Positions 50,218 through 63,689 of a stretch of DNA of 64,000 nucleotides are shown piece by piece. The notes beneath the pieces were generated by a model. It had not been told where the DNA came from and did not search any database. It saw nothing but the letters and a program-made list of their open reading frames with translations. The position numbers were made by a program, and so were the translations under genes. The first letter of the stretch is position 1; every line of letters begins with the position of its first letter. The stretch is from Massalongia carnosa (lineage: Eukaryota). The stretch covers positions 620,001 to 684,000 of the forward strand of contig OZ287068.1 in NCBI GenBank assembly GCA_965645245.1, given 5' to 3'.

Positions 50218-50635
50218 ATTTTTAGGTGGTGTAGGCGTGCAAAATCTGGCGTTTTGGGGCGTTTTCTATTTGATGGGTTGAATGCCAAAAGATTTATTAT
50301 ATACAATGGATTCCTTACGTCTGTTGTAAAAAGTGAACATTCTCCATCGCTCACCGACGCATCCAAGAAAACGCAAAAGGGGCCCCCTAACTATAAGGTA
50401 CTTTACATTACGTGTAAACATCAAGGCAGGCTATTCCTCACCTTCCCCACCTATCAAACTCCCATTCCCTCCATTTCCTCATCTTTCCAAATTTCCCCCT
50501 CCTCCCGGCTTCAGACCATCTTTTCTTTCCTTCCGTTGCATTCTACTCCCCATATCCACCCCCGCTAATCCTCTAATCCTTCACTCTGTTCACCTCCTCT
50601 CCCCCAACCCCACCAACCTACACCCATCCATACTC

Positions 50636-51211
50636 ATGGCCTCCCCATCCACCCCTCCTTGCCCACTCACCCCTCCCTCGCCCACCACCCTCGCGCAAAC
50701 AATGGGCTTTGCCTCCTTCGGCGCGAAACCGCATCTTAAGAAAAAGCGGAAACTCGACGGGCTGGGAGGGGGGAGCGGGAGTGGGAGTGGGAGTAACAGC
50801 TTGCCGCTGGGAGCAGGAGTCCGGAGGGGGATAGAGAGTGGGGAAAGTGGTGAGGATGGCGGTGAGGACGGGGAAGGGGATGGGATGGTGGCAAATGACG
50901 TGCCAGAAACCACACGTGCCGTCGTTGCATCTCCGCAAGAGCTTTACGCCACCAACACCAACACCGCCACCAACCGCCTCCTAGCCCGTCCTCCCCAGCA
51001 CCAAAACCCCGCTTCGTACCTCCACGCACTGGGACAGCCCTCGCAACACCCACACCAACACCAACACCAACACCAAAAGCAGCAGCAGCACGCTTCACGC
51101 GCGGACAAGAGCAAAAGCTTCCGGGACGAGAACGGGGACATGGCATACTACGATAGGAGCTTTGTGGAGGATCCGTGGAGGGGTTTGGAGCTGGGTGAAA
51201 AGGAGGCGTAA
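50636..51211 (+). CDS. Small low-complexity protein with MGFASFG and YY.xSF.EDPW motifs
   Basis: ATG at 50636 is in frame with stop at 51211. Motifs AQTMGFASFGAKP, KKKRK and YYDRSFVEDPWRGL. Confidence 0.7.
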   Translation: MASPSTPPCPLTPPSPTTLAQTMGFASFGAKPHLKKKRKLDGLGGGSGSGSGSNSLPLGAGVRRGIESGESGEDGGEDGEGDGMVANDVPETTRAVVASPQELYATNTNTATNRLLARPPQHQNPASYLHALGQPSQHPHQHQHQHQKQQQHASRADKSKSFRDENGDMAYYDRSFVEDPWRGLELGEKEA

Positions 51212-52041
51212 AGGTATGTATGTAGATCTAAAAATTTAGGGAAGGGTGGGTATGAGACGGGAGAGATAGGTAGAGTGGAGAGGTAGAGGGGAGAAAGGGA
51301 AAAGGGAAAAGGGGAGAATTCTAAGAACGCTTTTCCTTAATCAAGCAAGCACTTACCTCTGTAAAGAAGACAGCCGAGCGATTCGGTCGTGCGGGGAAAA
51401 GGGGGGAGCGCGAAACCCTGACGGAAACGGATACAAGAGGTGGGTAACGTTTACAGTTATCATCCCAGTCACTCGAACAGGCGACATCTTTCTCTATTCT
51501 AGCTATTTTACAGTACATGGGCACATATGAAGACTTCCCCCTCCCCACATTTTTTCTTGGCAGCTCGTAAGCATCGGAATTAAAGCCGCCCACATCGCTG
51601 GCTGGCTGGTTACTTCCTTTACCTAAATATGATGGAGAGACAGACAGGATTTTTCAAAAAAAAAAGAACAAACCAAAAAATCCCCAAAAAAAATCCCCTG
51701 GCTAGAGCTAATGCCCACATCATAGTTTAGGGCGGGGGAACGAACCAACGCCGCTGGCGAGGGGTTTGTTCTACAATTCGCGGCCCCCCTGCGTGCGCTC
51801 TGCTATTCATCAGCTAGAAATCAGTCGAGGGCCGGGGTATATCAGATCTTGTTGCATGAGGGATTTCATCCACTTTTCCTATCGCTATGCCAAATAATCA
51901 ATAAACAGCAGGTGGAGAAAGGCCGATGCGATGCCTATCCACCTTCATATGTCCTTATGCCTTGATGCGCCTATAATTTGTTTTTTGTCGTCTCAGTGAT
52001 ATTAAAAGGATTTTCAAACAGAAAGCCGAGAACACCATTCT

Positions 52042-55000
52042 TTAACCGGCTTCATTCGCTAAGCGGTCACTTAGGAAAACATGGGGTGTATTCGGATCCA
52101 CCAGGTCGATAAGGAGATTGCCCAGCGTGCGCCACTCGACCGGTTTAGTGGTATATTGCGTGAAGCCCGCGGCGGCAGAGTCACGCTGACCCTCGGCCAT
52201 GATGTTAGCCGAGAGCGCGATTATCGGGATGTGCGGGTGATGGTGCTGTTTTTCCCAAGCACGGATCTCGCGGCAGGTTTCGTAGCCATCTTTATTGGGC
52301 ATTTGAATGTCGCACTACGGGTTCTCGCCGTTAGGAAGGAGGGATGCAAAAGTAGAGAAAGAATATATGGGGCCAGCTTACTATTATCACAGAGTAGTAC
52401 AGTGGAGCATGGGAGAAGACCAGCTTAGTACACTCCTCTCCGTCCCAAGCTTCGATCACCTCCAGGCAGCACATCTTGCGAAGAAAGTGGGATAGCATCT
52501 ACCGATGATAAGTATGTACAGCCATTTGCAACTTGTATTACACACCTTCATGTTAAGTTTGTTGTCTTCCACGGCCAACACCCGGATTCCTCGGTTTCCA
52601 AGGATTTCTTCAAATTTCTTAAAAGCTTGTTTCTGAATGTCGACGACTTCAACTGCGTTGGCTCGGACGTGGTCTTTACTCAGCGCATTCTCTTGTCTCG
52701 GATCGAAAATCTTGGCAAATTTAGGCGGTTTGGCTGGCTTAAGCATAAAGTGGAGCCGCTGACTTGCAACGAGCTGATCATAGTTAAAGTTTGGCGCACC
52801 AGCCATAATCGCTGCCTGCTGAGCTTGATCGGTAATGATTACCATACATGTTTGTGAATGAGATCTCGAGTTCAGAATCAGCTCTATGAATGCCAGAACA
52901 TGTACGGCATCATTGAGCTGTAAGACAATATGAGTGAATACAACCGGTTGCTCGCCGGATATTATGTTGTGGCTTGCAATAATGTCCTCACTGGTAGCAA
53001 CCTGAGCAGGAATTGATGGCGGTAGAATTTGCCTTATGTGAGCCTCGGTGGTACGGCGGGTATGTTCCTGGGGACAAACTATCAGAATTGAGTAAATAGG
53101 CGGGTGCGTTAGCTCGGGTCCAACTAAGGGGGAGATCAGTTCAGGAATACTTCTTCCCTCCATGCTACCTTGCTTGGACGGCAAGGTCAAGTCCAATGCA
53201 GCAAAAGTATCTCGACTGTCCAGAGAAGAAGCAGAGGATCTTAGCGACCTACGAGCTGCTCTAAGAGAAGATGCCACGGAAGGGTCGGAGCTCCCAGAAG
53301 ACTCCAAGGTATCAGCCTTGATAGATATTTCACCAGGGGATGTTACAAGACTACGACCAAAAACATGCTTCTTCCCTCTAACATAGCTCGAAGAAGAGGT
53401 GCTCTCCGAAGAATTTTGGTAGGGGATCTTTGGACGATCTGCATCGGTGGGAAGTTTGAAACGTGCTGAAAACGTAAAAGTAGATCCTTTCCCTGGAGTA
53501 CTGAATGCAGATATATCACCATGATGTAACTCTACCATCTGCTTGCAAAGAAGAAGGCCAAGCCCAGTTCCGCCATTATGTCGAGTGCTGCTATTATCGA
53601 TTTGGCTATAGGGCCTGAAGAGAATTTTCGCGTCGTCCTCGGTAAATCCGCTGCCGGTATCCTGAACACTGAACAATAGAAAAATATCGCTTGGATCAGT
53701 CGAAGGATAGGCTTCACCGGGAGGAGGTTTTTTGACTGTGCAATCCACGAAAATCTCTCCTCGCTGTGTGAATTTGATGGCATTACTAACGAGATTCAGC
53801 AGAATCTGCCGGATCCGACCACCATCTCCCTTCACATTTGATGGTACCTCCTTATCTACAGCATAACAAAGCTCTAGGCGCTTTTCGTTCGCTTTTGAGG
53901 CTAGTGTCTCGAAAACATCTTCGATGACGGATCGGATATGGAACCAGTCGTAGTAGAGCGTGAGCATCTTAGCTTCAGCTTTGGAGACATCAAGAATGTC
54001 GTTAATTAGATCATGCATCCCTCGAGCCGCTGCGTCGGCACCATAAGTCCACTCTGATTGATACTCATCCAAATGGCTGTTCAATAAGAACTGTAGGTTC
54101 CCGATTATCCCGTTTAGAGGAGTCCTTATTTCATGTGACATGGTACTTAAGAATTGCATCTTCCGAGTTGTTTCTGATTCAAGCGTAGTGTTAGCTTCTT
54201 TCAACTTTTCCTCAATGCCCTTCTGGTCACTAATATCCGCGCAAGCAATGATCCATTGCGCGTCTCCTTGACCAAAGTTGACAGATTCAATAAGGGACCC
54301 TTGCACCAGATGCCAACGATATTGCCCCAGCTTAGACCTCAATCTCATCTCTGTGGTAATAGAAAGACGTCCCTGATCATCCTTTGATGCCTTGATTACG
54401 CCTCTGGTCGTCAATTTTCGTAGCAGGCCTGATGGAACAACCACTGGCGTACTCCCTGGGGTCTCATCACCTACAGGTTTCTGAAGCTCCCCTTTCATAG
54501 TTTCGTCTGTAGAGGCGGATTTCTGGGAAACTTCTGCTGAGGACAACGATCTCCCACTAAGAGAAGGAGGACCCAAAGTCCGAGAGCTCCAGTCGGCGGG
54601 TGCAACGTATTCATCTGTAAAAGCTGGAAATTGACATTTAACGATATCGTCGGGATGCACATGATCCAAGAAGCCAAAGCCAAGAGCATCATTGAAACAT
54701 TGCCCGGAGTATGAAAGCCACTGAGTATTTGCAAAAGTTAAACCCTCCGGTACTGAGGCTGCAAGTATGATGTGGGGGTTTGAATTCGCTAAAGATCTGT
54801 ATTTGCTTTCTGAATTGGCCTTTTCCTTCTCTCGAGCTGCGTTCACTTCGGCAACGTGCTGATCATGTATATCCATCGCCTGACCGTGCCAATGCTTGAT
54901 GCTGGAGTAAGAGTCTTTGATAGGGACGATGCGAATGTGGAACCAGCGATAATGACCATCGAACCGCCTTAATCGGACTTGGTGTGAAATCTGATCTCCT

Positions 55001-58000
55001 GTGCGAAGAGCTCTTGTCCAGAGCTTGCGAAACTGCCGGTGGTCATCGCCGTGTATGGTATCCCATGGTTTTTTCCGTATTTCAGCAGCGGATTCGTTAC
55101 GATAAGTCTGAAATCTGGAGTTGGCCCAGCAGATGTTACCAGTCTTGGGCTCGGCAATGAACTCTTGCACAGCTCCCGTATCAATCATAATTCTCATCAT
55201 GGAGGAGGTGGGAGGATGAAAAACGAAATCCTCCTTCCTTATGTTCCTCGCCTCATCAAAAGGTGAAGCAGAAGGTAATTTTGAAGTAGCTGCTGGTAGA
55301 GAAGGATTAGTGGCAATAAAATTAGCGCCATGAGTATGAAGCTGTTTTGACTGTTGCTGCGAGCGATCACTTCCATGTCCGGATGCCTGGAGCATTGCCT
55401 GTCTCCGTGGTGAGCTCGATGCTTCTGTATTGCGACGTGATGGGCTTGTTTCACGCTTGAGGCTCAATAACTCTTGGGAATCTTGTGGGCTTCGCTCAGA
55501 GCGCTCTGCGGATACAAGGTTCAAGCTTGAGTGGTCATCGGTGAGCATTGGCGAAGGTCTTCTAGCTTTCAAACTAGATTTGGGTGGTGTAGATGTAGAG
55601 AACCTTGCTTCCGCTATAGTAAGACTTTGCAGGTCGTTTCTCGTAAGTGAGCTTTGGAGCGAATCAAGTTTAGGTAAAAGCATAGACACATCTGGGGTCG
55701 GAATACTTGGGTGGGCCGACGCTGCCAAAGTTCCACTTGGTGTGCGCCGAGAAATAAATCTTTTTTTAGAGGCAAAATAGTTGTCGCTAGTTTCAGGGGG
55801 TATATCGCTCAAGGCTTTGTTGATCGACTGCTCATCATACTGACCTTGACCGGAAATATCCCATCCTGGCGTTCCTACATTTGAACCGCGCGGGCTATGC
55901 AAAGAGGTACCAGAATACTCGCTCGCGCTGGTGACGCTCTCCGTACTTGGCGGGGAAAATATTTCAGCGGTAGCTAAGTCACCATGAGGATGTTGTGAGT
56001 TTTGGAGCTCAAGAGCTGGGTTTCTACCATGACGGCGCTGTGAGATCCCCGTCAGTTGCTTTTCAAGATTTGAATGCAGACGCGCGTTGTATAACGACGT
56101 TGCTAGATGAGGAGCCAATAGTTTCAACGATGAAGACAGCGGCATAGGATAAGGTACAGTGGACGACAAGATTGAAAGAATGGCGATCGGGGTCTTTTTG
56201 TCGTCATCCGATGAGCTTATGGAGGGCTGACGGTGACCCCCTCGCACTGCAGAAGACTTTTGGCTCACACTTGGTTTATTTGCTTTCCGCCCACCGACTT
56301 CGTTGAGACGTGGCTGACGCTTTGATTTAGAAACTAGCGGATGCACAAGAGGGACATGTACAATGGAGCTAGCACGATCAACCCCGATGACTTCGATTTG
56401 ACGATCTGATGTATAATCATGAACTGGAGGGTTATCTGAGAACGCCTCCTCATCCACCGACGCATCCACAAAAAATGGATTCACCTCAGGATCAGCCTGG
56501 ACAGCCGGAGAGGGTGCAGGGCTTTGTGACCATGGCGACACCGGGACTTGCTCATAATCCTCATATGGTGGAGCATATGGCGATTTCTCTGTCACTTCAT
56601 CCTTCGCACTTGCTGAGCCTGACGTTGATTTGGAGCTACCACTGGTATGACTACGTGGGCGCTTTGTCGGCCTGCCAGCCATAAACGACGCTGACCTTAT
56701 GGACTTTTCAGAAGGATTGGCGCTTAAATTCACACCTTTACTCTCGGGGACCGGCCAGCTCATCCTCTGCTCATAACGCTCTTCCATCCGTGTAGCCATC
56801 CCATGGTCCATAAACTGCGAGGCATCAAAATACTCCCTGGTGAGATGTACCAGCTTACCCCTCTCGAGAACTCTCACGGCACCGGCACTGTTCAAGAGTG
56901 GGTCCGACTCCATCTCCAACATCTGCAGGACGGGTAACATCCTCGCTCGAGACACACGCTCATGCATGTCGAAAGTGTCAATACTCTGTGAAGATTTCTC
57001 AGCCTCGGTTGCCAAATGCTGCTGCAAGGACTGAGAGCTCAATTTGGTACCCTGGAAAGTTTCCTGTACTTGGGGTACACCACCTCGCAGAAATGATACA
57101 TTACTGTTGGCCCGAGAAGGAACGGGCCTTTGGGGGTTGGCAATCGAGCTTTTGCGTACCTCTGGTACTATAGACTCCAACCTCTGCGGAAAGCCAGAGA
57201 AGGAATGCCGCGATTCAAGTTTTGGGCGACTTTGTGCAGCTGGAGCATCCATCCAGTTAACACCACCTAGCTGCGCTGCATTTTCTCCGAGTTTGGGACT
57301 TGCTTCACTAGTTACCTCCTCGTGGCCATTTGAGTCAGAAACACCGCTTTGCGTACTTTGGAGATCTCTCGTCGGGCCCGACGAGAGTGGATCATCAATG
57401 GCAGCGTTGAATGTCGCCATTTGAGCCCATGGTACATTCTCAACATCAGTGCTATCTGAAGGCACAGCAAGTGTGGCACGGCTAGCCCCAAAACTGTCCC
57501 GCATAATCTGAGAAACGTTCGTCCACCATCTGTCTAGACCCGGCTCGGATTGTAGCTTCAATGTAATATTGTATAGATCTAGGCTCTCGGCTTCTGAGTT
57601 TCCAAGAAGTGAAAACCCTTTCCGAGAATTGAGGGGATTTGAGTCTGTTGCTAGTCGGTCTCTTGTTGTCTGATTCTTGACTGGATGGGATTGGGAAGGA
57701 GCAGTCGTAGGGGATAACGCAGTAAAAGGTCGGTGTAAAGCGGGCGCTACCCCACTAGTAGGCGTACCTGAGTCTATAGTCATTGGAGGAAAAGGATAGG
57801 ATGGCGTTGAGACTTGATGTGTTCCCGGGGTCTGCGGCATGCTGCTCCACTTGACTGTCTTGTTCGATTCCGTGGATGCCGTTTCAATTCCGGTCAAAGG
57901 GCTAGTGACCGATCCTTCAAACTTCGGCGATCTTCTCGTGGGGTCTTCCTCTAGGATAGGGGAGAACCTCTCCATTCTGGACTGCCGGGTGCCTCCAGAA

Positions 58001-58356
58001 ACCCCGGTATTCCCATCTCTTGCACCATCATGCTTGAAGTTGAATGTGAGCTCAGTGCGTGTCGGCTTACTCCTCCTGAATCTTCTCAAGGGTTCACCAT
58101 ACTCGATTTCTTTAGGGCCTTTGACCTCGACGTCGTCACTGCTGCTGTCTTCGTTTGGTGTAGCAACCGCTGATCGAAGTGGACCTACTTGTGGTGATCG
58201 AGGCGAGCTGGCCTGTGGCGATATCTTTGGAGAACCTTGATGGAAAGGATAGGATTTTGCCCGTTGCAAAACAGAAGGCCGTTGCAGTTTTGGTCTCTCG
58301 AAATTAGCACCTGCGCCCGATACATCTTTTGGCGATGAAGGGAGCATGGGCTTCAT
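52042..58356 (-). CDS. Hybrid histidine kinase with PAS domains (PAS-PAS-HisKA-HATPase-REC), PhkB/HHK2-like
   Basis: Exons 58356-52546, 52498-52382 and 52314-52042; the start codon is tentative. PAS motifs IHGDD..RLRRFDGHYRWF and HVHPDD..GQYRWH; FLSTMSHEIRTPLNG, NLVSNAIKFT, GGTGLGL; REC VEDN..CDIQMP..KP. Confidence 0.92.
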
Positions 58357-61300
58357 GACTCCCTCCCAAACATATAGCAAGGTAGCTTGATGAAAGCGCC
58401 CGGTCGCACTTCACCACATGTTGCAAGACTTCTCCATGAAGCCGAACAAATGCTTTAGAACTATTTGTATGGCTGCCCCGGGTGTCGCGTGTTGCGGTAT
58501 GGCTTTTCCGTGACGTCAAAGTGCAGAAGCGTAGGGAACCCGTGAATTAGGAGACTGCGTAAAAGTCAGGGCTCTCTATCAGGCGTTCTTTACTGAAAAT
58601 TCGTGTATATTCAAACATCCACACACCGGCTGTGTGTACCTCTCTGTCAAACGAAATCAGCTATGGGTGAAGTGAATGTTTCTGAGACTTGTGGATAGTG
58701 GCACCTTAGACGCCTTGCAGGGCGATCGGGATCTTCATGTTCGGACAGGACGATTGCGCTTCAATTGACGATACGTCGTCCACATTGAAGTCACATGTCA
58801 GCTGCCCCTTTCCCCTACTGCACCATAAGACCTGCGCAATGCTTTGTCTCCTATTACATTCAAGTTTTCACGCAGTTTTTGACATCAAAAAGTGAATCTA
58901 TGGATGGAGTTCCAATATGGAGTATTACGTCGTTACTACAAAGTAGCAGAGGCTCAAGCAGCCGCCGGCATCCATCTATTGCCTCAGACTAACGGGCAAT
59001 GGGCCGATCTGTTGGATCGCAGAATATCATACTACGCCTCCAAATATCATGAGCCCGCAGTCTTGGCTAATACAGTCCCTAACTCATCACCTATACCATG
59101 CCGTCCCCCCGCGTCTACCCACATGCTACTCCTGTGCCAGATATGAGTGCTCTCCCTTAGCCTCTGCCAATAATTCACGCTGGTGAGACTTCAAAGCAAA
59201 AATCGGGTAGTCCTTGGAGCACCAGAACTCTTGTTATTGGCTGGGTCAAAACCTAGCAAAGAAATCCAGAAATCTACATTGTGGTGTGATGTGATAAAAA
59301 ATCACTAAAGAGGACATACTCCTTTCTCTCAAGCCCTTCTTCAGGCTGCTGATATGCTTGCTCCTCTGGGTTTCTTACTCTGCGCCATTTTTAAAAAGTT
59401 GCATCTTTGCATGAGCATCCATATATTTTTAAAATCGCAAAGCGAGGACTGCTTCCAAAGCTCAGATGTGAGCTGTAAAATTCAGGAGTATTGATTGACC
59501 TCAGGCTACTTGGTTAGAGGTTGTATAATCAATTCTCGTTTCTTTCTCCGGCCTTGCGGACTAAAGAGATTGAGGAAATAATATGTTGCAAAAGTGCCCT
59601 TAAGATGGTGGGTTGGCTTATTAAGAACAGATTTCATTCTTTAAGGTATTCCGTGAGTCGTTTCCCTGGAAACTAAAAAGTTGATTAAAGAACGGGTAAT
59701 TTGCTAAAGAGCATTTCTCACTTCATTGGACACATCATTCATGCAACTTTAAAAAACCGGGGGGAGCTAATCATCCAGGAATGAAATGCATAACCTTCGA
59801 TATCCTCCTACCGCTGGGTTGGGTTCTCGCTTGACTATTAGCGTTCTTTGGCGTTTTTAATGAGGGGATCTGAAGATTCCTGGCGGGAATTTTGCCGTCT
59901 TCCAACTCTTGAGACCTTGGTGTTTCCCGCTCGCGGCTATGAAAAGCGAAAAGGCTACTCCGGTCTCCCAGACGTGAAATGCATAATCTTCGATGCTTGA
60001 AAGATGCCTCCCACGGTCTCTGGATCTAATATATAGTATAAAAATTAAGAGAGGATCCTCGCCGGAGATGAACAAACAATGAATGAAGGCTGAGGCTCTA
60101 AGCATGGGATGATCGAGCAAAGAAGTGATGTCAGCCATTACCCACAAAAGAATGTGGTCGCCAACTCGAAGAGCTGTGCTCACTCTTAAAGTGAGGCAGT
60201 CGAGCTGTTGGTCCGACTTCAAGCAAGAAAACTGTGAAACTCGGCATTCGTCAGCAACCGATAACGTTTTTTAGTCAAGGTCTTATGAAATATGAAAAGG
60301 AGAAAGTGCTATTAAAGAGAAGCTTCGAGTGTTTACTGCTAACAACGAATTATTATTAGCGAGACACCATGTGAACTTGGAATGAGAGTACATCTTACTG
60401 ATTTAGACTAGAATCGGGGAGACTGACCTTTACGTGATGAAGAGCGCCGAGGGATCAAATCACAGGGAGTGCATGCGGTGAGAGATCCACTAAGTCCTAC
60501 GTCGAAATGAAAGACAAGTATCTACAGACAATGATGAGCATTGGAGGTTTCGTGCTTATAGATAAGGTAGTCGAAGATGTTGGGAGGTGCTTACCAACTC
60601 TTGAAAGAAGAAAGAAAGACTTAGATGAAGATACCAAAACGCCATTCTATGATGCTTCTAAATAATAGGAGATATATAAGTTCACTCTGATGATAAGCTT
60701 CATCACAGCTCGCTTTGGATGATGGAATAGAGTTGATTGAATGGCTTTTTGAAGAAGGATGATTGTGGAGCGTTTAAGATGAAAAGTCAGGGCATGGCCA
60801 AAAAAGATAATGAATACCTAGCTTTAGAGCCCAAACAATCGTGTTCCATCCCTTCCGAAAATCTCATCACAAATTTTCGCTAGTTTCAGACCAATCTCTG
60901 CTTCGATTTGTTTCCTCTCCCTTATGTTGTTTATCATTTACTAAGGAACCAATTTGACTCCTATCCCTCATGGAGAACTCTCTCCTTCGCGCCAAACAGA
61001 CAAGTTCATGACAGAGATCAGCCCCTTTGGCGCTCGAATGGTGTTCTGGATTATTTGAGGCCTTCAGTTCTACTCAAAGGAGAAGCTGATATTAGTACTT
61101 ACCCATCGGGTGGGCACCTGTAGACTTTGACCTCCCTGAGAAGCTCATTCCATTCCCTTCGTTGTCTGCTCTAATTCCAGATTTTTTTTATTGGAAGTGA
61201 TACTGACAGGTCCATAATTCCAGCCGGAGAACCTTTCTTTGCGGTTAACACAAAAATTTGACAATTTGTGAGGCTCCTGCATCCTCGTTTGCAGCGCTAA

Positions 61301-62383
61301 CAAAAGACTCTGAATCAGCTGATTCAAAGTTCATGAAAACTCCTCTCCGTTTACAACTACACTACTTCAGAGTATCAAGCCAAGCTCAAATATACCAAAC
61401 CTTTTTCCCGCCGATAGAGTTGCAGGCGATGGATGAGACAGTTTATTTTTCATTGCCTCTCAAGTAGAGCTCAAGAAAGATAGAGAAAGAACCATTCACT
61501 AATAATGTCACAGCAATCGCAACTCTCTAATACTCACTTCATTCCGTCCCAAAAAAGTAGAGAAAAAACCTACCACTGCTCCCTTCCCATTTGTTCTTTA
61601 TCATCCAAGAAGCCAGAAAAAGAACACCACAGCCATTACTGCACCTACCTACCTACCGAAAACATACAAAACCAACCCAGCTCAAGAATCCTATACCTTC
61701 TTCTCCTAAAAGAAATCTAGCTTGCTTTGTGAGGCAATGGATGCACGCATTTTATGAATATTCATCCCTCCAAATCTAAGAACGTCACTGAGCGAAAGAA
61801 TAAAAACTGACGAGTGCTTGCCTAGCTACCCAGCTATTCGTCCTCATCCATCCATCCATCCATTCATTCCTTGTCTTAAAATCCTCCTCCTCCTCCTCCG
61901 GTTCACGCAGACAAGATTCACTCACTCACCTACGCCCCACCAAGGATCATCCCGATTCGCTAGCTAGATGAGTAAAGGAATAAGTAAGTGAGTATGTTGC
62001 TGACGGGGTTTACCAAATCGCTTGCCTACCAACCTAGGTAGTAAATGAGAATGATCAGGAATAGATATTTCCTGTTCAAGTGGGCATCACCAATCACTAT
62101 TTGCCTTATCTGAGCTAGTGTTTTTGTGCCATACGTTTGGCTAGAGGGCTAGTATAGAGAGAGGAAGGAGGATTTGAGATAGTAACGGAATTACTTACTG
62201 AATGATCGAGAAAAGAAATCCTTCTCTGTTAAATAAAAGTAAAATCACGGATCCCACTTACACAAACGCCTCCAAAGTCAGTTATCATATTTCGATGCAA
62301 AGCTCCTATTAACCGACATCATCGCTTAATCACGCCCCTATAACCTATGCGATTCTTTTTGCCAGAAATTTCAAACGACCGTT

Positions 62384-63689
62384 TCAGACCTGCACGGAAG
62401 TCATTGTCTCAATCTGCCTGATGAGGAAGCTCTTCTCATCCGCGAACTGATCGTCGTCGGTTCGATCTTCCAAAAACTTTGGCAAGAAACTTAGGAGTCT
62501 CTCGCGGTTGTTGACGAGTATCCGCTGCACGGCCACGGATTTGTGAGGGTTGGCGACGAAAACCTTAGTTTTACACATCAGTTCGAAGCGCACCAAAAAG
62601 CTTATGGTTAAAATATTACCTTGAAAACATGGAATCCCTCGTACTGCACCATCTTGCGGTCATCCTTCAGCAAATTCATGCACAGCTTGAGATGCTCGCC
62701 TCGATCCACGTATTGGGTCATGGTACTGTAATTGATGCGGTCAAGCAAAAGTTCCCCTAGAAGCTTTATTGATTGCCGCTTTGTGACGTAAGAGCTTGAT
62801 TGCACCAGGATTGAATTGTAGCGCTGGAAGAACAGATCAAAGTTTATTGATAAATATTGAGCAACGAGCTGTTTGTGCCTAGTAAGGATTTCCTGAACGA
62901 ACAATAAGCGTACGTCTAAGCAATCTCGCTTCAACTTTATAGCTTACTCTGAAAGTTGTAAAAGCATCAGTGCTCAGCTCGAATGCGCCTTGGTCGATCC
63001 AAGGGAAAAACTTCCAAAATATCCCTTCCCCCGACTGTTTGGTTTCTAGGTCAATCTGGTCGACATTGACAGCTCTTTCATTCTCTCGAGACTCGTCGTA
63101 CATAATGATGGCAGCTACAGCTTCATGTTTAAGGGCCTCCCTCATCACAACGCCACAAGGCATTGCACTCTCCTTGTGGTTATATCCTCGACATAACTCG
63201 ATGACAACCTCCGGTCTTTGATTAATGATGTGTGATAATGCGGGCGGATCGGCGTTTGAGCCGTTTGGAGGCTTGAAGCGCAGCACATAGGAGAATATGG
63301 ACTGGGCATCCTTTCGGGACTCAAACGGGAGCTTGTGTATGCTACGGGCGAGAGAGTATAGGAGGTCTTCCTGTAGGATAGCTGTGACCAGCTGCGAGGC
63401 TTGATCCGCGCTGGCTTCTGTCTCTGTAGGGGACTATCAGCAACCAAATCCAGGAGAGAAAGATATCTATCAGAATATCTGACCTTGAGTTCCCTGCAGT
63501 ACTAGTTTGATCTGAGCAAGCAGTTTAGCTAAGTCCTCTTCTGTCTTTGGTATTGTATTAGCTTTCCTCTGTTGTACAGGCAAAGGAGGCTACCTTCTGC
63601 GAAGCCGGTGGTTGCCATAACCGGGTAAGTAGGTCTTTCGCAGGTTTAGCGAGATCTGATTTTGTCTTGGTACGAAAGAGGAATGCCAT
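62384..63689 (-). CDS. hymA: MO25/Hym1 family scaffold protein (conidiophore development protein HymA)
   Basis: Exons 63689-63594, 63544-63484, 63423-62948, 62892-62620 and 62563-62384. Motifs LPFESRKD, FELSTDAFTTFREILTRHK, YVTKRQSIKLLGELLLDR, YEGFHVFKVFVANP. Confidence 0.96.

Noticed and set aside
50333..50635. N-terminal extension of the 292-aa ORF
   Set aside because: Non-ATG start in a pyrimidine-rich region right behind sec18; ATG 50636 is the more plausible start.
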